Source: Myxococcota bacterium (GTDB taxonomy: Bacteria > Myxococcota_A > UBA796 > UBA2385). From it: a DNA stretch of 64,000 bases. Each line of letters starts with the position of its first letter. Positions within the stretch are counted from its first letter, which is position 1. The stretch lies in assembly GCA_044344255.1 (NCBI GenBank), contig JBIJDH010000016.1:96001-160000 (forward strand). The letters are read 5' to 3'. The translations under genes were made by a program, and so were the position numbers. Below, piece by piece: positions 25,898-34,034 of the stretch. The notes below the pieces were generated by a model. It was given only the letters and a program-made list of their open reading frames with translations, had not been told where the DNA came from and did not search any database.

Positions 25898-27409
25898 ATG
25901 TCTCGTCACGTCGGGGACAGGCTGTTCCCGGTTGTCCTCTGCCTCCTCATGGCCTGTCGGGTCTCCCCCTCCACGCCCTTCGGGGAATCCAACGACGGGG
26001 CGGCGGACAGCGCGGACCCCGCCTCCGAGGAGGGCACGGCGTCGGTGGTGGGGGCTTCGCCCATCGTGGTCTTCTGGTTTATCGACACCCTCAGCGAGGC
26101 GGTGGCGACAGACGGGGACTGGTGCGAGCGGCTGCAGACCATCGCGGGCCGGCATGGGGGGCGATTCGACTGTCGATCCGGGGGCGTCTCCCCCAGCAGC
26201 TGGACAGGGGAGTCGCACCTGCGCACGCTCTGGCCAGAGGCCATGAGCGCGCCTCTGTCGGGTGAGCTCTGGGCGCCTTGCGACAAGGCCTCCGCCCCGC
26301 GGACCATCGCCGAGGCGACAGGGGGAGGCTACTTCATCGGCATGGACAACCCGATGCTCGACCAGGTGATCGGGACAAACGAGTGTTCAGATGGGCAGAG
26401 CGGCTGGGTGCAGGGGGCCGACCGGTGGTCGGTGAGCCCCGTGGAGACGGACCTCTCCGACCTCCTGGTGATGCCGGAGCGGGAGCGGCCCTGGTGGGTC
26501 GCGGTGGACGCGCTGCTCGCGAGCACAGCGACCGGTGCGCCGGGCGTGGCGGTGCTCAATGACTTCGAGGCGGGTGGGCACAGCCCGCACTGCTGGTTCG
26601 ATCCGGGGGCCCCCCTGTGTGTGGAGCTGTGGGAGATCGCGGTCGAGGAGGTGCTGGTCTCTCCCGATGCCGATCCGGCTTTGGCCTTCGCCGATCCCGC
26701 GCTCTGGGTGTCCCTGCATCCGTTCCTGGTGGAGCGCTGGGGCGACGGAGAGGCGCTGCGGGAGAGGGAGCTCGCGTTGCAGCAGATGGGGTCGGACTGG
26801 TTTCGCCTCCGGCGCACCGAGGAGAGGCTGGTGGCCCTGTTCGCCCCGCTCGAAGACCAAGGCCGCCTCGATGACCTCGTCTTGATCATCACCGCGGACC
26901 ATGGAGAGTCCCCCTGTATCCCCTCGGCCCTGTCAGACTCCCTCGACTGCGGACATGGGGGGCTGCCGAGTGAGTGGACCACGCAGGTCCCCACCTTCAT
27001 CTGGCCCGAGGCGGAGGGGAAACGGTGGGCCGAGCAGGGATGGGTGGGAGACGCGGTCCATCCTTGGTCCACCTCGAACCTCGCCTGGGCGGCCACCCGC
27101 GCGGCCGGGGTGGAGGTGCCGGAGAGCTGGGGCGAGCCGACGCCGGTGGGCCAGGCGGCCTCCTGGACCTGTTGGAGCGGCGCGCTGTCTCGGGTTGTGC
27201 CCTCCGGGGTCGCCGTCTCGGGGGACCGCTCGCTTCGTTGTATCGGTGAACGTTGCGCCACCTTCGACTGGACCGCCGTACGGGACGTGGGGGACCACGC
27301 GATGGCGGTGGACGACCTCCCCGACGAGCTCGTCGGCTGGGTGACGGGTGGAACTGGGACCCGGAATGGAGTGGAGGAGCGGTGCGGTCCGGGGAGATCG
27401 GAGCCTTGA
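25898..27409 (+). CDS. Divergent alkaline phosphatase/sulfatase-superfamily lipoprotein
   Basis: Lipobox-like LLMAC; FIDTL, SSWTGESH, TADHGE, CGHG. Confidence 0.6.
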   Translation: MSRHVGDRLFPVVLCLLMACRVSPSTPFGESNDGAADSADPASEEGTASVVGASPIVVFWFIDTLSEAVATDGDWCERLQTIAGRHGGRFDCRSGGVSPSSWTGESHLRTLWPEAMSAPLSGELWAPCDKASAPRTIAEATGGGYFIGMDNPMLDQVIGTNECSDGQSGWVQGADRWSVSPVETDLSDLLVMPERERPWWVAVDALLASTATGAPGVAVLNDFEAGGHSPHCWFDPGAPLCVELWEIAVEEVLVSPDADPALAFADPALWVSLHPFLVERWGDGEALRERELALQQMGSDWFRLRRTEERLVALFAPLEDQGRLDDLVLIITADHGESPCIPSALSDSLDCGHGGLPSEWTTQVPTFIWPEAEGKRWAEQGWVGDAVHPWSTSNLAWAATRAAGVEVPESWGEPTPVGQAASWTCWSGALSRVVPSGVAVSGDRSLRCIGERCATFDWTAVRDVGDHAMAVDDLPDELVGWVTGGTGTRNGVEERCGPGRSEP

Positions 27410-27506
27410 CGGGGCGCCGACGCTCCGACGGCCGCCCGCGGAGGGGTGCAGGGGGCTGACGACTCCTCCACATCGGCTAAGAGAGGCCTCCCCTCGGAGC
27501 CCCCTG

Positions 27507-28055
27507 ATGTCCAGCCTGTCCAAGTTCACGAGCTTCGCCAAGTCGATCGTCACCAAGCCGGAGGGCGGCCCCGTGAGTGGCCTCGCCAGCGCGCAGATGA
27601 AGCGGCTCGACGGCACCCCGCTCGCGGCCGAGGTCTGGAAGGGCCAGGTGGTGCTCTTCGTCAACGTGGCGAGCCGCTGTGGCCTCACCCCTCAATACGG
27701 CGGCTTGCAGACCCTCCAGGAGCGCTTCGGCGGTCGCGGCTTCGTGGTGGTGGGGACACCCTGCAACCAATTCCTCGGCCAGGAGCCGGGCAGCGCCGAG
27801 GAGATCGGCACCTTCTGCTCGGCCACGTATGGCGTCGACTTCCCCCTCCTCGAGAAGGCCGACGTCAACGGCACCCACCGGAGCCCGCTCTACCGGTACC
27901 TGGTCGACAGCCCGAAGGGCGGCGGCGCCCGCATCGGCTGGAACTTCGAGAAGTTCCTCGTCGGGCGAGACGGCGCGGTGCTCGCCCGCTTCAGCCCGAA
28001 GACCGAGCCGCTGGAGGCCGAGGTGGTGGCGGCGATCGAGGCGGCGCTGGGCTGA
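27507..28055 (+). CDS. Glutathione peroxidase family (Cys-type)
   Basis: VNVASRCGLTPQY, PCNQFLGQEPG, WNFEKFLV. Confidence 0.95.
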   Translation: MSSLSKFTSFAKSIVTKPEGGPVSGLASAQMKRLDGTPLAAEVWKGQVVLFVNVASRCGLTPQYGGLQTLQERFGGRGFVVVGTPCNQFLGQEPGSAEEIGTFCSATYGVDFPLLEKADVNGTHRSPLYRYLVDSPKGGGARIGWNFEKFLVGRDGAVLARFSPKTEPLEAEVVAAIEAALG

Positions 28056-28079
28056 CCTGCGGAGAATCTCGCGGGGTGA

Positions 28080-28106
28080 GTCCAGGTCTCGGGCGGGGCC
28101 GCGTTG
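28080..28106 (+). promoter_or_regulatory. Putative ECF-sigma autoregulatory promoter GTCCAGGTCT-N12-CGTTG
   Basis: The same motif with the same spacing recurs at 29885-29911; CGT is a typical ECF -10 core. Confidence 0.7.
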
Positions 28107-28149
28107 TCTGTCATGATCTGCCCGCGACCCGCCGCCCCCAGGACCCCCG

Positions 28150-28722
28150 TTGACCGCCCCCACCGATGAAGAGCTGCTGAGACGCTTCGGCCGCGGCGAC
28201 GACCGGGCCTTTGAGCTGCTCGTCGAACGATACGGCGGCCCGCTCAAGGGCTACGCTACGCGCATGCTCAAGAACGCCGAGCAGGGCGAAGAGATCTACG
28301 TGGAGACCTTCCTCCGTGTCGCGCGCGACCGCGGCAAGTGGGAGGCCCGCGGCACGGTGCGCGGCTACCTCTTCACCATCGCCCACCGCGCCTGCCTCGA
28401 TCGCCTGCGCCGTCGAAAGACCGAGCTCGCCGGCCTCGACAACGCCGTCACCTTCCTCGTCGAGCCCGCCGTGCGCCCGAACCCCGAGGCCCAGGCCCTG
28501 CTCGGCGAGCGGGCGGCGCAGCTCGAGGTGGCCCTCGGCCGGCTCCCCCCCGAGCACCGGCAGGTGCTGCTGATGCGCACCATCCACGGCCTCTCCGCCG
28601 CGGAGACCGCCGCAGCCACGGGCCTCTCCGAAGATCAAGTCAATTCCCAGCTCTCCTACGCGCGCAAGAAGCTGCGCGAAGAGCTCGACGTGGCCCCGCA
28701 GGCCAGCCGGAGGGTGCGATGA
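28150..28722 (+). CDS. ECF RNA polymerase sigma factor
   Basis: DEELL...GDDRAFELLVERY, region 2 YLFTIAHRACLDRLRRR, region 4 LPPEHRQVLLMR...GLSAAETA...VNSQLSYARKKL. Confidence 0.93.
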   Translation: MTAPTDEELLRRFGRGDDRAFELLVERYGGPLKGYATRMLKNAEQGEEIYVETFLRVARDRGKWEARGTVRGYLFTIAHRACLDRLRRRKTELAGLDNAVTFLVEPAVRPNPEAQALLGERAAQLEVALGRLPPEHRQVLLMRTIHGLSAAETAAATGLSEDQVNSQLSYARKKLREELDVAPQASRRVR

Positions 28723-29858
28723 GCCCCGACGAACGCCAGTCCCTTGACGATGACCTCGTGCTGCTCGGCCTCCCCGAAGGGGCGGCCCCCATCACCTCCG
28801 CCGCCGGGATCCTCGATCGCGCGGGCCCGGCCGTGGTCGTCGGCTGGGCGGGCTGGAAGCTGGCGGCGATGCTGGCCGTGACCAGCACCGCCAGCGTCGG
28901 CGGCGGCGCGGCGCTGCATCACCTCTGGTCGGGCGATCCGGAGCCCGCTGCGATCGAGCGCGTCGTCGAGCGCGTCGTCGAGCGCCGCGTCGAGGTGCCG
29001 GTCGAGCGGGTGGTGGAGCGCGTGGTCGAGGTGCCGGTCGAGCGGGTGGTGGAGCGTGTGGTAGAGCGTGTGGTGCGCGTGCCGGTCGAGCGGATCGTCT
29101 ATCGGGACGCCCCCGGCGGTGGCGACGCGGTCTTCCCTGCTGGGGCCGGCGGAGGTGTCGAGGCCGGGGCTCCGCTCGAGGGGCCGGCGATGGGGCCGGT
29201 CGACCTGGCGGCCCTCGATCGCGCCCTCGACAAGGCGTCTCGGCCCGTCGTGCCGGAGCCCGAGGGGCCCCCGGCGTCGCCCCTGGCGGCGGGGGAGGCG
29301 ACGCCCCCGGAGGAGGCCCCCTCGACCGATCCCGCCCTCGACGCGGCGCGCCGCTCGCTCCGCCTCAAGGGGCAGGTGGCCGCGGGGACCACGATCGTCG
29401 GCGCGGGCCCGCTCGACAACCGCACCCTGCTCACCGCCGGCCTCCGCCTGCAAGGCGCCAGCGCCTGGTCCCCCTTCGCGGGGCTCTACGCCGAGACCCG
29501 CATGCACCCGGGAGAGAGCCAGATGTACGTCGAGCCTGGGCTCGTGGGCGAGCTCGGCCTGCTCTGGCAGGGCCGTCACGTCGGCTTCGACCTCGGCTGG
29601 GGCCTCGGGGTGGGCAGCTACCTCCGCCAGGACGAGGCGAAGAAGGGGCCGATGATGGGGACCGGCCCGAAGGACACGGTCGCCGCCGACGCCCTGCACC
29701 GGGAGGTCGAGCTCTTGAACGGCCCCACCCTCGGCCTCCGCCTCGGCGCCGACGGCCTCGCCCGCGTCGCCGCCCGCGCCCTGTCCACCGGCCCGGACGA
29801 TCACAACGTCATGCTCACGGCCGGGGTCGAAATTCCACTCAAGAATTTTTCCAGGTAG
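28719..29858 (+). CDS. Putative anti-sigma factor: TM helix, VPV/ERVVE repeats, Pro-rich linker, C-terminal beta-rich domain
   Basis: ATGA overlap with the sigma gene; single TM; alternating beta-strand pattern at the C-terminus. Confidence 0.7.
   Translation: MSPDERQSLDDDLVLLGLPEGAAPITSAAGILDRAGPAVVVGWAGWKLAAMLAVTSTASVGGGAALHHLWSGDPEPAAIERVVERVVERRVEVPVERVVERVVEVPVERVVERVVERVVRVPVERIVYRDAPGGGDAVFPAGAGGGVEAGAPLEGPAMGPVDLAALDRALDKASRPVVPEPEGPPASPLAAGEATPPEEAPSTDPALDAARRSLRLKGQVAAGTTIVGAGPLDNRTLLTAGLRLQGASAWSPFAGLYAETRMHPGESQMYVEPGLVGELGLLWQGRHVGFDLGWGLGVGSYLRQDEAKKGPMMGTGPKDTVAADALHREVELLNGPTLGLRLGADGLARVAARALSTGPDDHNVMLTAGVEIPLKNFSR
28953..29102 (+). repeat. Coding tandem repeat encoding ERVVE/VEVPV units
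   Basis: IERVVERVVERRVEVPVERVVERVVEVPVERVVERVVERVVRVPVERIVY. Confidence 0.9.
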
Positions 29859-29894
29859 TTTTCCAGATCGTGGTCCAGATTCTTGTCCAGGTCT
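29847..29894 (+). repeat. Four 12-bp-period TCCAG units
   Basis: TCCAG at 29850, 29862, 29874 and 29886. Confidence 0.85.
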
Positions 29895-29911
29895 GAGACC
29901 CCCGCCCGTTG
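29885..29911 (+). promoter_or_regulatory. Putative ECF-sigma target promoter GTCCAGGTCT-N12-CGTTG upstream of the EF-hand gene
   Basis: Exact match to the motif upstream of the sigma gene. Confidence 0.7.
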
Positions 29912-30031
29912 ATGTGGATGTGAGCACGCAGGGCGACGGCGCCGCGGGCTCACCCCCAGCGCCCGATCCCATCGGCGCGCTCCGGTCCAACCCCGAGGTC
30001 TATCGACCTCTCCCCCCGTCGGAGGCACTCC

Positions 30032-30847
30032 ATGCGTCTGTCGCTCGTATCCCTGTCCCTGTTGACCGCTTGCTCTCTGTTCGGTGAGCAGGACGCCGAG
30101 ACGGCCATCCTGATGACCGCCATCTCCGGTGAGGAGGAGTACAGCACCGCCCGCTCCGACGGCCCGCCCGATCCCTTCCGCCCCGAGCTCGGCCGCGAGT
30201 GCGACGCCAGCGGCGAGTTCGACCGTATCTTCGGCCTCTTCGATGAAGACTCCGACAAGGCCCTCAACCGGACCGAGCGCGGCGACGTGAAGGACGAGCT
30301 CGGCTCCATGGTGGGACAGGGTGGGGACAGCGAAGGCGGCGGGATGGGGCACCACGGCCAGGAGGGCGGCCCGCCGCCCCCGCTGATGGATCTGCTCACC
30401 CTCGTCTACGACCTCGATGATGACGGCGCCTTCAGCGAGAGCGAGCGGGCCACCATCTTGGATGACTTCACGGTGCGCTGCGAGTCGATCCAGGCGATGC
30501 TGCTCGAGAGCTTCGACGCCGACGGCGACGGCGCCCTCTCCGAGGCCGAGCTCGACACCGCCCGCGAGGCCCTCGACGCGCTCCGCGAGGAGCACGGCCA
30601 CGACATGGACGGCGCCTGCCCCGAGGGTGAGGGCGGCGAAGGCGGCCACCGCGGGCCCCCGGAAGGCCCCCCCGAGGGCCTCTCCCCCCTGGCCCAGGAG
30701 TTCGACGCCGACGGCGACGGTGAGCTCTCGGACAGCGAGCACGAGACGCTCCGCAGCGTGATGCGCGAGCGGATCCGCACCGGCGCCCCGCCCTCCGAGG
30801 ACGCTCCTCCCCCGATGCCGGGCGCCGAAGAGGCGAGCGAGGAGTAG
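30032..30847 (+). CDS. EF-hand calcium-binding lipoprotein
   Basis: Lipobox LLTAC; EF loops DEDSDKALNRTE, DLDDDGAFSESE, DADGDGALSEAE, DADGDGELSDSE; His/Gly/Pro linkers. Confidence 0.88.
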   Translation: MRLSLVSLSLLTACSLFGEQDAETAILMTAISGEEEYSTARSDGPPDPFRPELGRECDASGEFDRIFGLFDEDSDKALNRTERGDVKDELGSMVGQGGDSEGGGMGHHGQEGGPPPPLMDLLTLVYDLDDDGAFSESERATILDDFTVRCESIQAMLLESFDADGDGALSEAELDTAREALDALREEHGHDMDGACPEGEGGEGGHRGPPEGPPEGLSPLAQEFDADGDGELSDSEHETLRSVMRERIRTGAPPSEDAPPPMPGAEEASEE

Positions 30848-30878
30848 CGCGGCCGAGCTCAGCGGCGAACAGAAGCGA

Positions 30879-32495
30879 TCAGCGGGGGTCGGGCCGGGGT
30901 CGGGCGCGGCGGGAGAGGAGCGCGAGCCCGAGCCCTAGCCCGACGGTCGCCCAGCCGCGGGGCGGTGGCGCGCCGCTGCAGCCGCAGCCCGCCTTATCCG
31001 CGTCGTCGGCGGCGGCCCCCGGGGGCGGGTCGGCGGAGTCTTCCACCGGCCCGGGGCTGTCGGTCTCACCCGGCCCCGCGCCGCTGTCCGTCGGCTCCTC
31101 CTCGCCGCCCCCGGTGTCTGTGGCGCCGGTGTCTGCGTCGGCGAGGGCGTAGGTGAGCGTGAGCTCGTCGAGCTCCACCTGGCCGGTCGCGGTGAGGGTG
31201 AGGGCGTCGGCGGTCGCGAGCGGCGTCTCCAGGACGGGGCCGCCGTCCACCTGCGCGCGGAGCACGGCGCCGTCCCAGCGCAGCGAGAGGGTGAGCGCCT
31301 GTCCGGGGAGGGGCGCCGAGCGGGCGTGGGCGATCACCTCGTCGTCCACCGCGTAGTCATAGGCGTTGAACCAGAGGTGATAGGTGTTGCCCTCGAGGTG
31401 GACGCTCGGGGCCTGGATATAACCGCTGCTCCAGTCGGCCCAGCCCTTGGACAGCACCGGCTCCGGCCAGTCGGCCCAGGTCTGGAGATCGGCGAGCTCT
31501 GCGACCGAATAGCAGAACACGTCGGCGCAATTCCACCACTGCTCGACGCCGTAGACGGTCTCGACCATCCCGCCGCCCTGGAGGCGGGTCTCGTCCTCGG
31601 TGATCGCGCCGTGCTTCTCCCAGGTCCAGCCGTCTGCGCTCGTGGCGTAGCCGGTGGGCCCGTAGTGTTGTTCAGGGTCTGTGCCGTTGTAGAGCATGTG
31701 CCAGAGGCCGGCGCTGTCGAGCAGCACGTCTGGCATCCGGAGGCTGCCGCTGTCGAACTCGCCGTCTGCGCCGCGGTCGAGCACCACCCCCTCCGGGCTC
31801 CACGCGTATCCATCGGCGCTCGTGGCGTGGCAGATGCGGTTGCCGACGTCGTTCTGGTAGCAGGCGTAATACATGTGCCAGACGCCGTCGGGGCCGACGG
31901 TGACGGTGGGCATGTGGACGTGGATGCCGTCGACGCTGCTGCGGTCGTAGTCGATCGTGAGCACCGGGTTGCCGGGATAATCTGTCCAGGTCACCCCGTC
32001 GGGGGAGGTGGCGAGGCCGATCTGCCGATAGGGATAGCCGCTGCCCATCTCGCCGGTCCAATAGAGGAGCCAGGTGGCGCTCGCCGCGTCATAGATCACC
32101 TCACAGTGCAGCGCGTTGGCCCCGTACCAGTAGACGGCGCCGGGCTCGATGGTGGGGGTGGTGTCGGGGATCAGTTCCCGATGCCCCTCCGGGAAGGGGA
32201 TCGAGCGACCGCCGAGCGAGAGGCCGCCCCCTTCGAGATAGTCCGCCGCCCAGCGAGCGTCCCCCGCCTCGAGCCCCAGCGCCCCGGCGTCGGTCTTGGT
32301 GAGCCGGAGCTCGGCCTCGAAGCGGAGGAGCGGGCCGAGGGACAAGGTGGCGACGCCCTCCTCGACCACGAGCCGCCCCGCCTCGACCCGCCCGCCCGAC
32401 CAGCGCCCGAGGTCGCTGTCGAAGGTGTCGGTGTAGACGGTGTCAGCGGCGGCGGCGGAGCCAGCAAACAGGGCGAAGGCGAGGATCGGCTGCAT
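30879..32495 (-). CDS. Secreted five-bladed beta-propeller glycoside hydrolase-like protein with MYXO-CTERM-like sorting signal
   Basis: Signal peptide; repeats IGLATSPDGVTW, ICHATSADGYAW, GYATSADGWTW; C-terminal GCGCS...TM...RRARP. Confidence 0.75.
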   Translation of the reverse strand: MQPILAFALFAGSAAAADTVYTDTFDSDLGRWSGGRVEAGRLVVEEGVATLSLGPLLRFEAELRLTKTDAGALGLEAGDARWAADYLEGGGLSLGGRSIPFPEGHRELIPDTTPTIEPGAVYWYGANALHCEVIYDAASATWLLYWTGEMGSGYPYRQIGLATSPDGVTWTDYPGNPVLTIDYDRSSVDGIHVHMPTVTVGPDGVWHMYYACYQNDVGNRICHATSADGYAWSPEGVVLDRGADGEFDSGSLRMPDVLLDSAGLWHMLYNGTDPEQHYGPTGYATSADGWTWEKHGAITEDETRLQGGGMVETVYGVEQWWNCADVFCYSVAELADLQTWADWPEPVLSKGWADWSSGYIQAPSVHLEGNTYHLWFNAYDYAVDDEVIAHARSAPLPGQALTLSLRWDGAVLRAQVDGGPVLETPLATADALTLTATGQVELDELTLTYALADADTGATDTGGGEEEPTDSGAGPGETDSPGPVEDSADPPPGAAADDADKAGCGCSGAPPPRGWATVGLGLGLALLSRRARPRPDPR

Positions 32496-32563
32496 CCGAG
32501 GACGCTACCACGGTGGGCGCTGGGGCTCCGCCGCGGCCAGCCGCAGGGCCGCACCGCCGCCGC

Positions 32564-33427
32564 TCAGCCCCGCCGGTCGCGCATCAGGCCCTCTTGGGTG
32601 ACGGAGGCGACGAGCTGGCCGTCGCGGGTGTAGAAGCGGCCGTGCACGAGGCCGCGGGCGCTCGAGGCCGAGGGGCTGTCGAGATCGTAGAGCAGCCACT
32701 CGTCGAAGCGGAAGGGGCGGTGGAACCACATCGCGTGGTCGAGGCTCGTCACCTGCATGCCGGGCGTGAGCCAGCTCACCCCGTGGGGGAGCATCGCCGT
32801 GGTGAGGAAGTTGAAGTCGGAGGCATACGCGAGCAGCGCGCGGTGCACGGCCGGATCGTCGGGCAGGGAGCCGTTGGCCCGGTACCAGAGCTGCCGGCGG
32901 GCCTCCATCTTCTTCGGGGAGAGGTGGTTGACCACCTGCACCGGGCGGATCTCGATCGGCCGGTCGGCCAGGGCCATCTTTCGGAAGAACTCGGGGATGC
33001 GGTCGGCGATGCGGTGGGCGAGCTCCTGCTCGGAGGCTAGGCCCTCCGGGGGCGGGACCTCGGGGCAGGCCGTGCCGTGATCGAAGCCGGGCTCCTCCCC
33101 CTGAAAAGAGGTGGCGAGGCTGAAGATGGGCTGCCCGCCTTGTACGGCCACCACCCGCCGCGTGGTGAAGCTGCCGCCGTCGCGGATGCGGTCGACCTCG
33201 AAGACGACGGGGCGGCTCGCGTCGCCCTGGCGCAAGAAGTAGGCGTGCATCGAGTGCACCACGCGGTCGGGCGGCACCGTCTGCGAGGCCGCCGACAGCG
33301 CCTGCCCGAGCACCTGGCCGCCGAAGATGGCGCCCCAGCCGAGATCCTGGCTCTGGCCCCGAAAGAGGTTCTCTTCGATTCGTTCGAGGCGGAGGAGCTG
33401 CAGGAGCTCGGAGAGGACGTCGCGCAT
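32564..33427 (-). CDS. tesB: Acyl-CoA thioesterase II
   Basis: IFGGQVLGQAL, HSMHAYFLRQG, RDGGSFTTRRV, YASD, SLDHAMWFH, QEGLMR. Confidence 0.96.
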   Translation of the reverse strand: MRDVLSELLQLLRLERIEENLFRGQSQDLGWGAIFGGQVLGQALSAASQTVPPDRVVHSMHAYFLRQGDASRPVVFEVDRIRDGGSFTTRRVVAVQGGQPIFSLATSFQGEEPGFDHGTACPEVPPPEGLASEQELAHRIADRIPEFFRKMALADRPIEIRPVQVVNHLSPKKMEARRQLWYRANGSLPDDPAVHRALLAYASDFNFLTTAMLPHGVSWLTPGMQVTSLDHAMWFHRPFRFDEWLLYDLDSPSASSARGLVHGRFYTRDGQLVASVTQEGLMRDRRG

Positions 33428-33473
33428 GGCCCGGCGGCTAACCCGGTGCCGCGCGCGGCGCAGAAGGCGGTGC

Positions 33474-34034
33474 CTACTGAGCAGCCGTCCAGGTCTCGGG
33501 TCGCCAGTCGGCGCTGTTGGTGACAGCAGGTGGCGCCGTGGTGACGGCCGAGCTCAAGACCTGAGCCACGCGCCCCGGGGCAGCGAAGCGGATCTGGTAG
33601 ACGATGTCAGGGGCTGAGTTTTTGACTGCCCGATAGGCCCAAGGCTGACCCATGGCGTCGTCCAGCTTGTAAAAGGTGTAGCTGGAGGGGAGGCCGTCGA
33701 GGGATTGCTTGGGCCCGAACTTGATAGTCCCCACGGGGTTCCAGACGACGCCCTCCGGGAGGGGCGGCTTCGAGTCCTCTCCGATGATCGTGAGGATCGG
33801 CGTCACGTCAATCAGATCGTTTTCTTTCCAGAAGAGGTCCGCGTCGAAGCACGCTGTCGTCGCGTCCGAGCGGCGGTAGAAGAGCTCCTGAGCCCCGTCG
33901 TACTTTACCCTGACGAAGAGGCGGCCGGAGAATTTGTCGGAACGCAGCCACCAGGGGCCGTCCGAGAGCTGATTAATTGACAGGTCTGGGTGGGGTTCAC
34001 CCTGGTGAGTATCAGAGGGATGGCGATGAGTCAT
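33474..34034 (-). CDS. Hypothetical protein (AT-richer), coupled to the kinase
   Basis: ATGA overlap with the kinase stop; globular composition; atypical codon usage. Confidence 0.65.
   Translation of the reverse strand: MTHRHPSDTHQGEPHPDLSINQLSDGPWWLRSDKFSGRLFVRVKYDGAQELFYRRSDATTACFDADLFWKENDLIDVTPILTIIGEDSKPPLPEGVVWNPVGTIKFGPKQSLDGLPSSYTFYKLDDAMGQPWAYRAVKNSAPDIVYQIRFAAPGRVAQVLSSAVTTAPPAVTNSADWRPETWTAAQ

Noticed and set aside
27660..27690. Selenocysteine in the glutathione peroxidases
   Set aside because: Active-site codons are TGT and TGC, not TGA.
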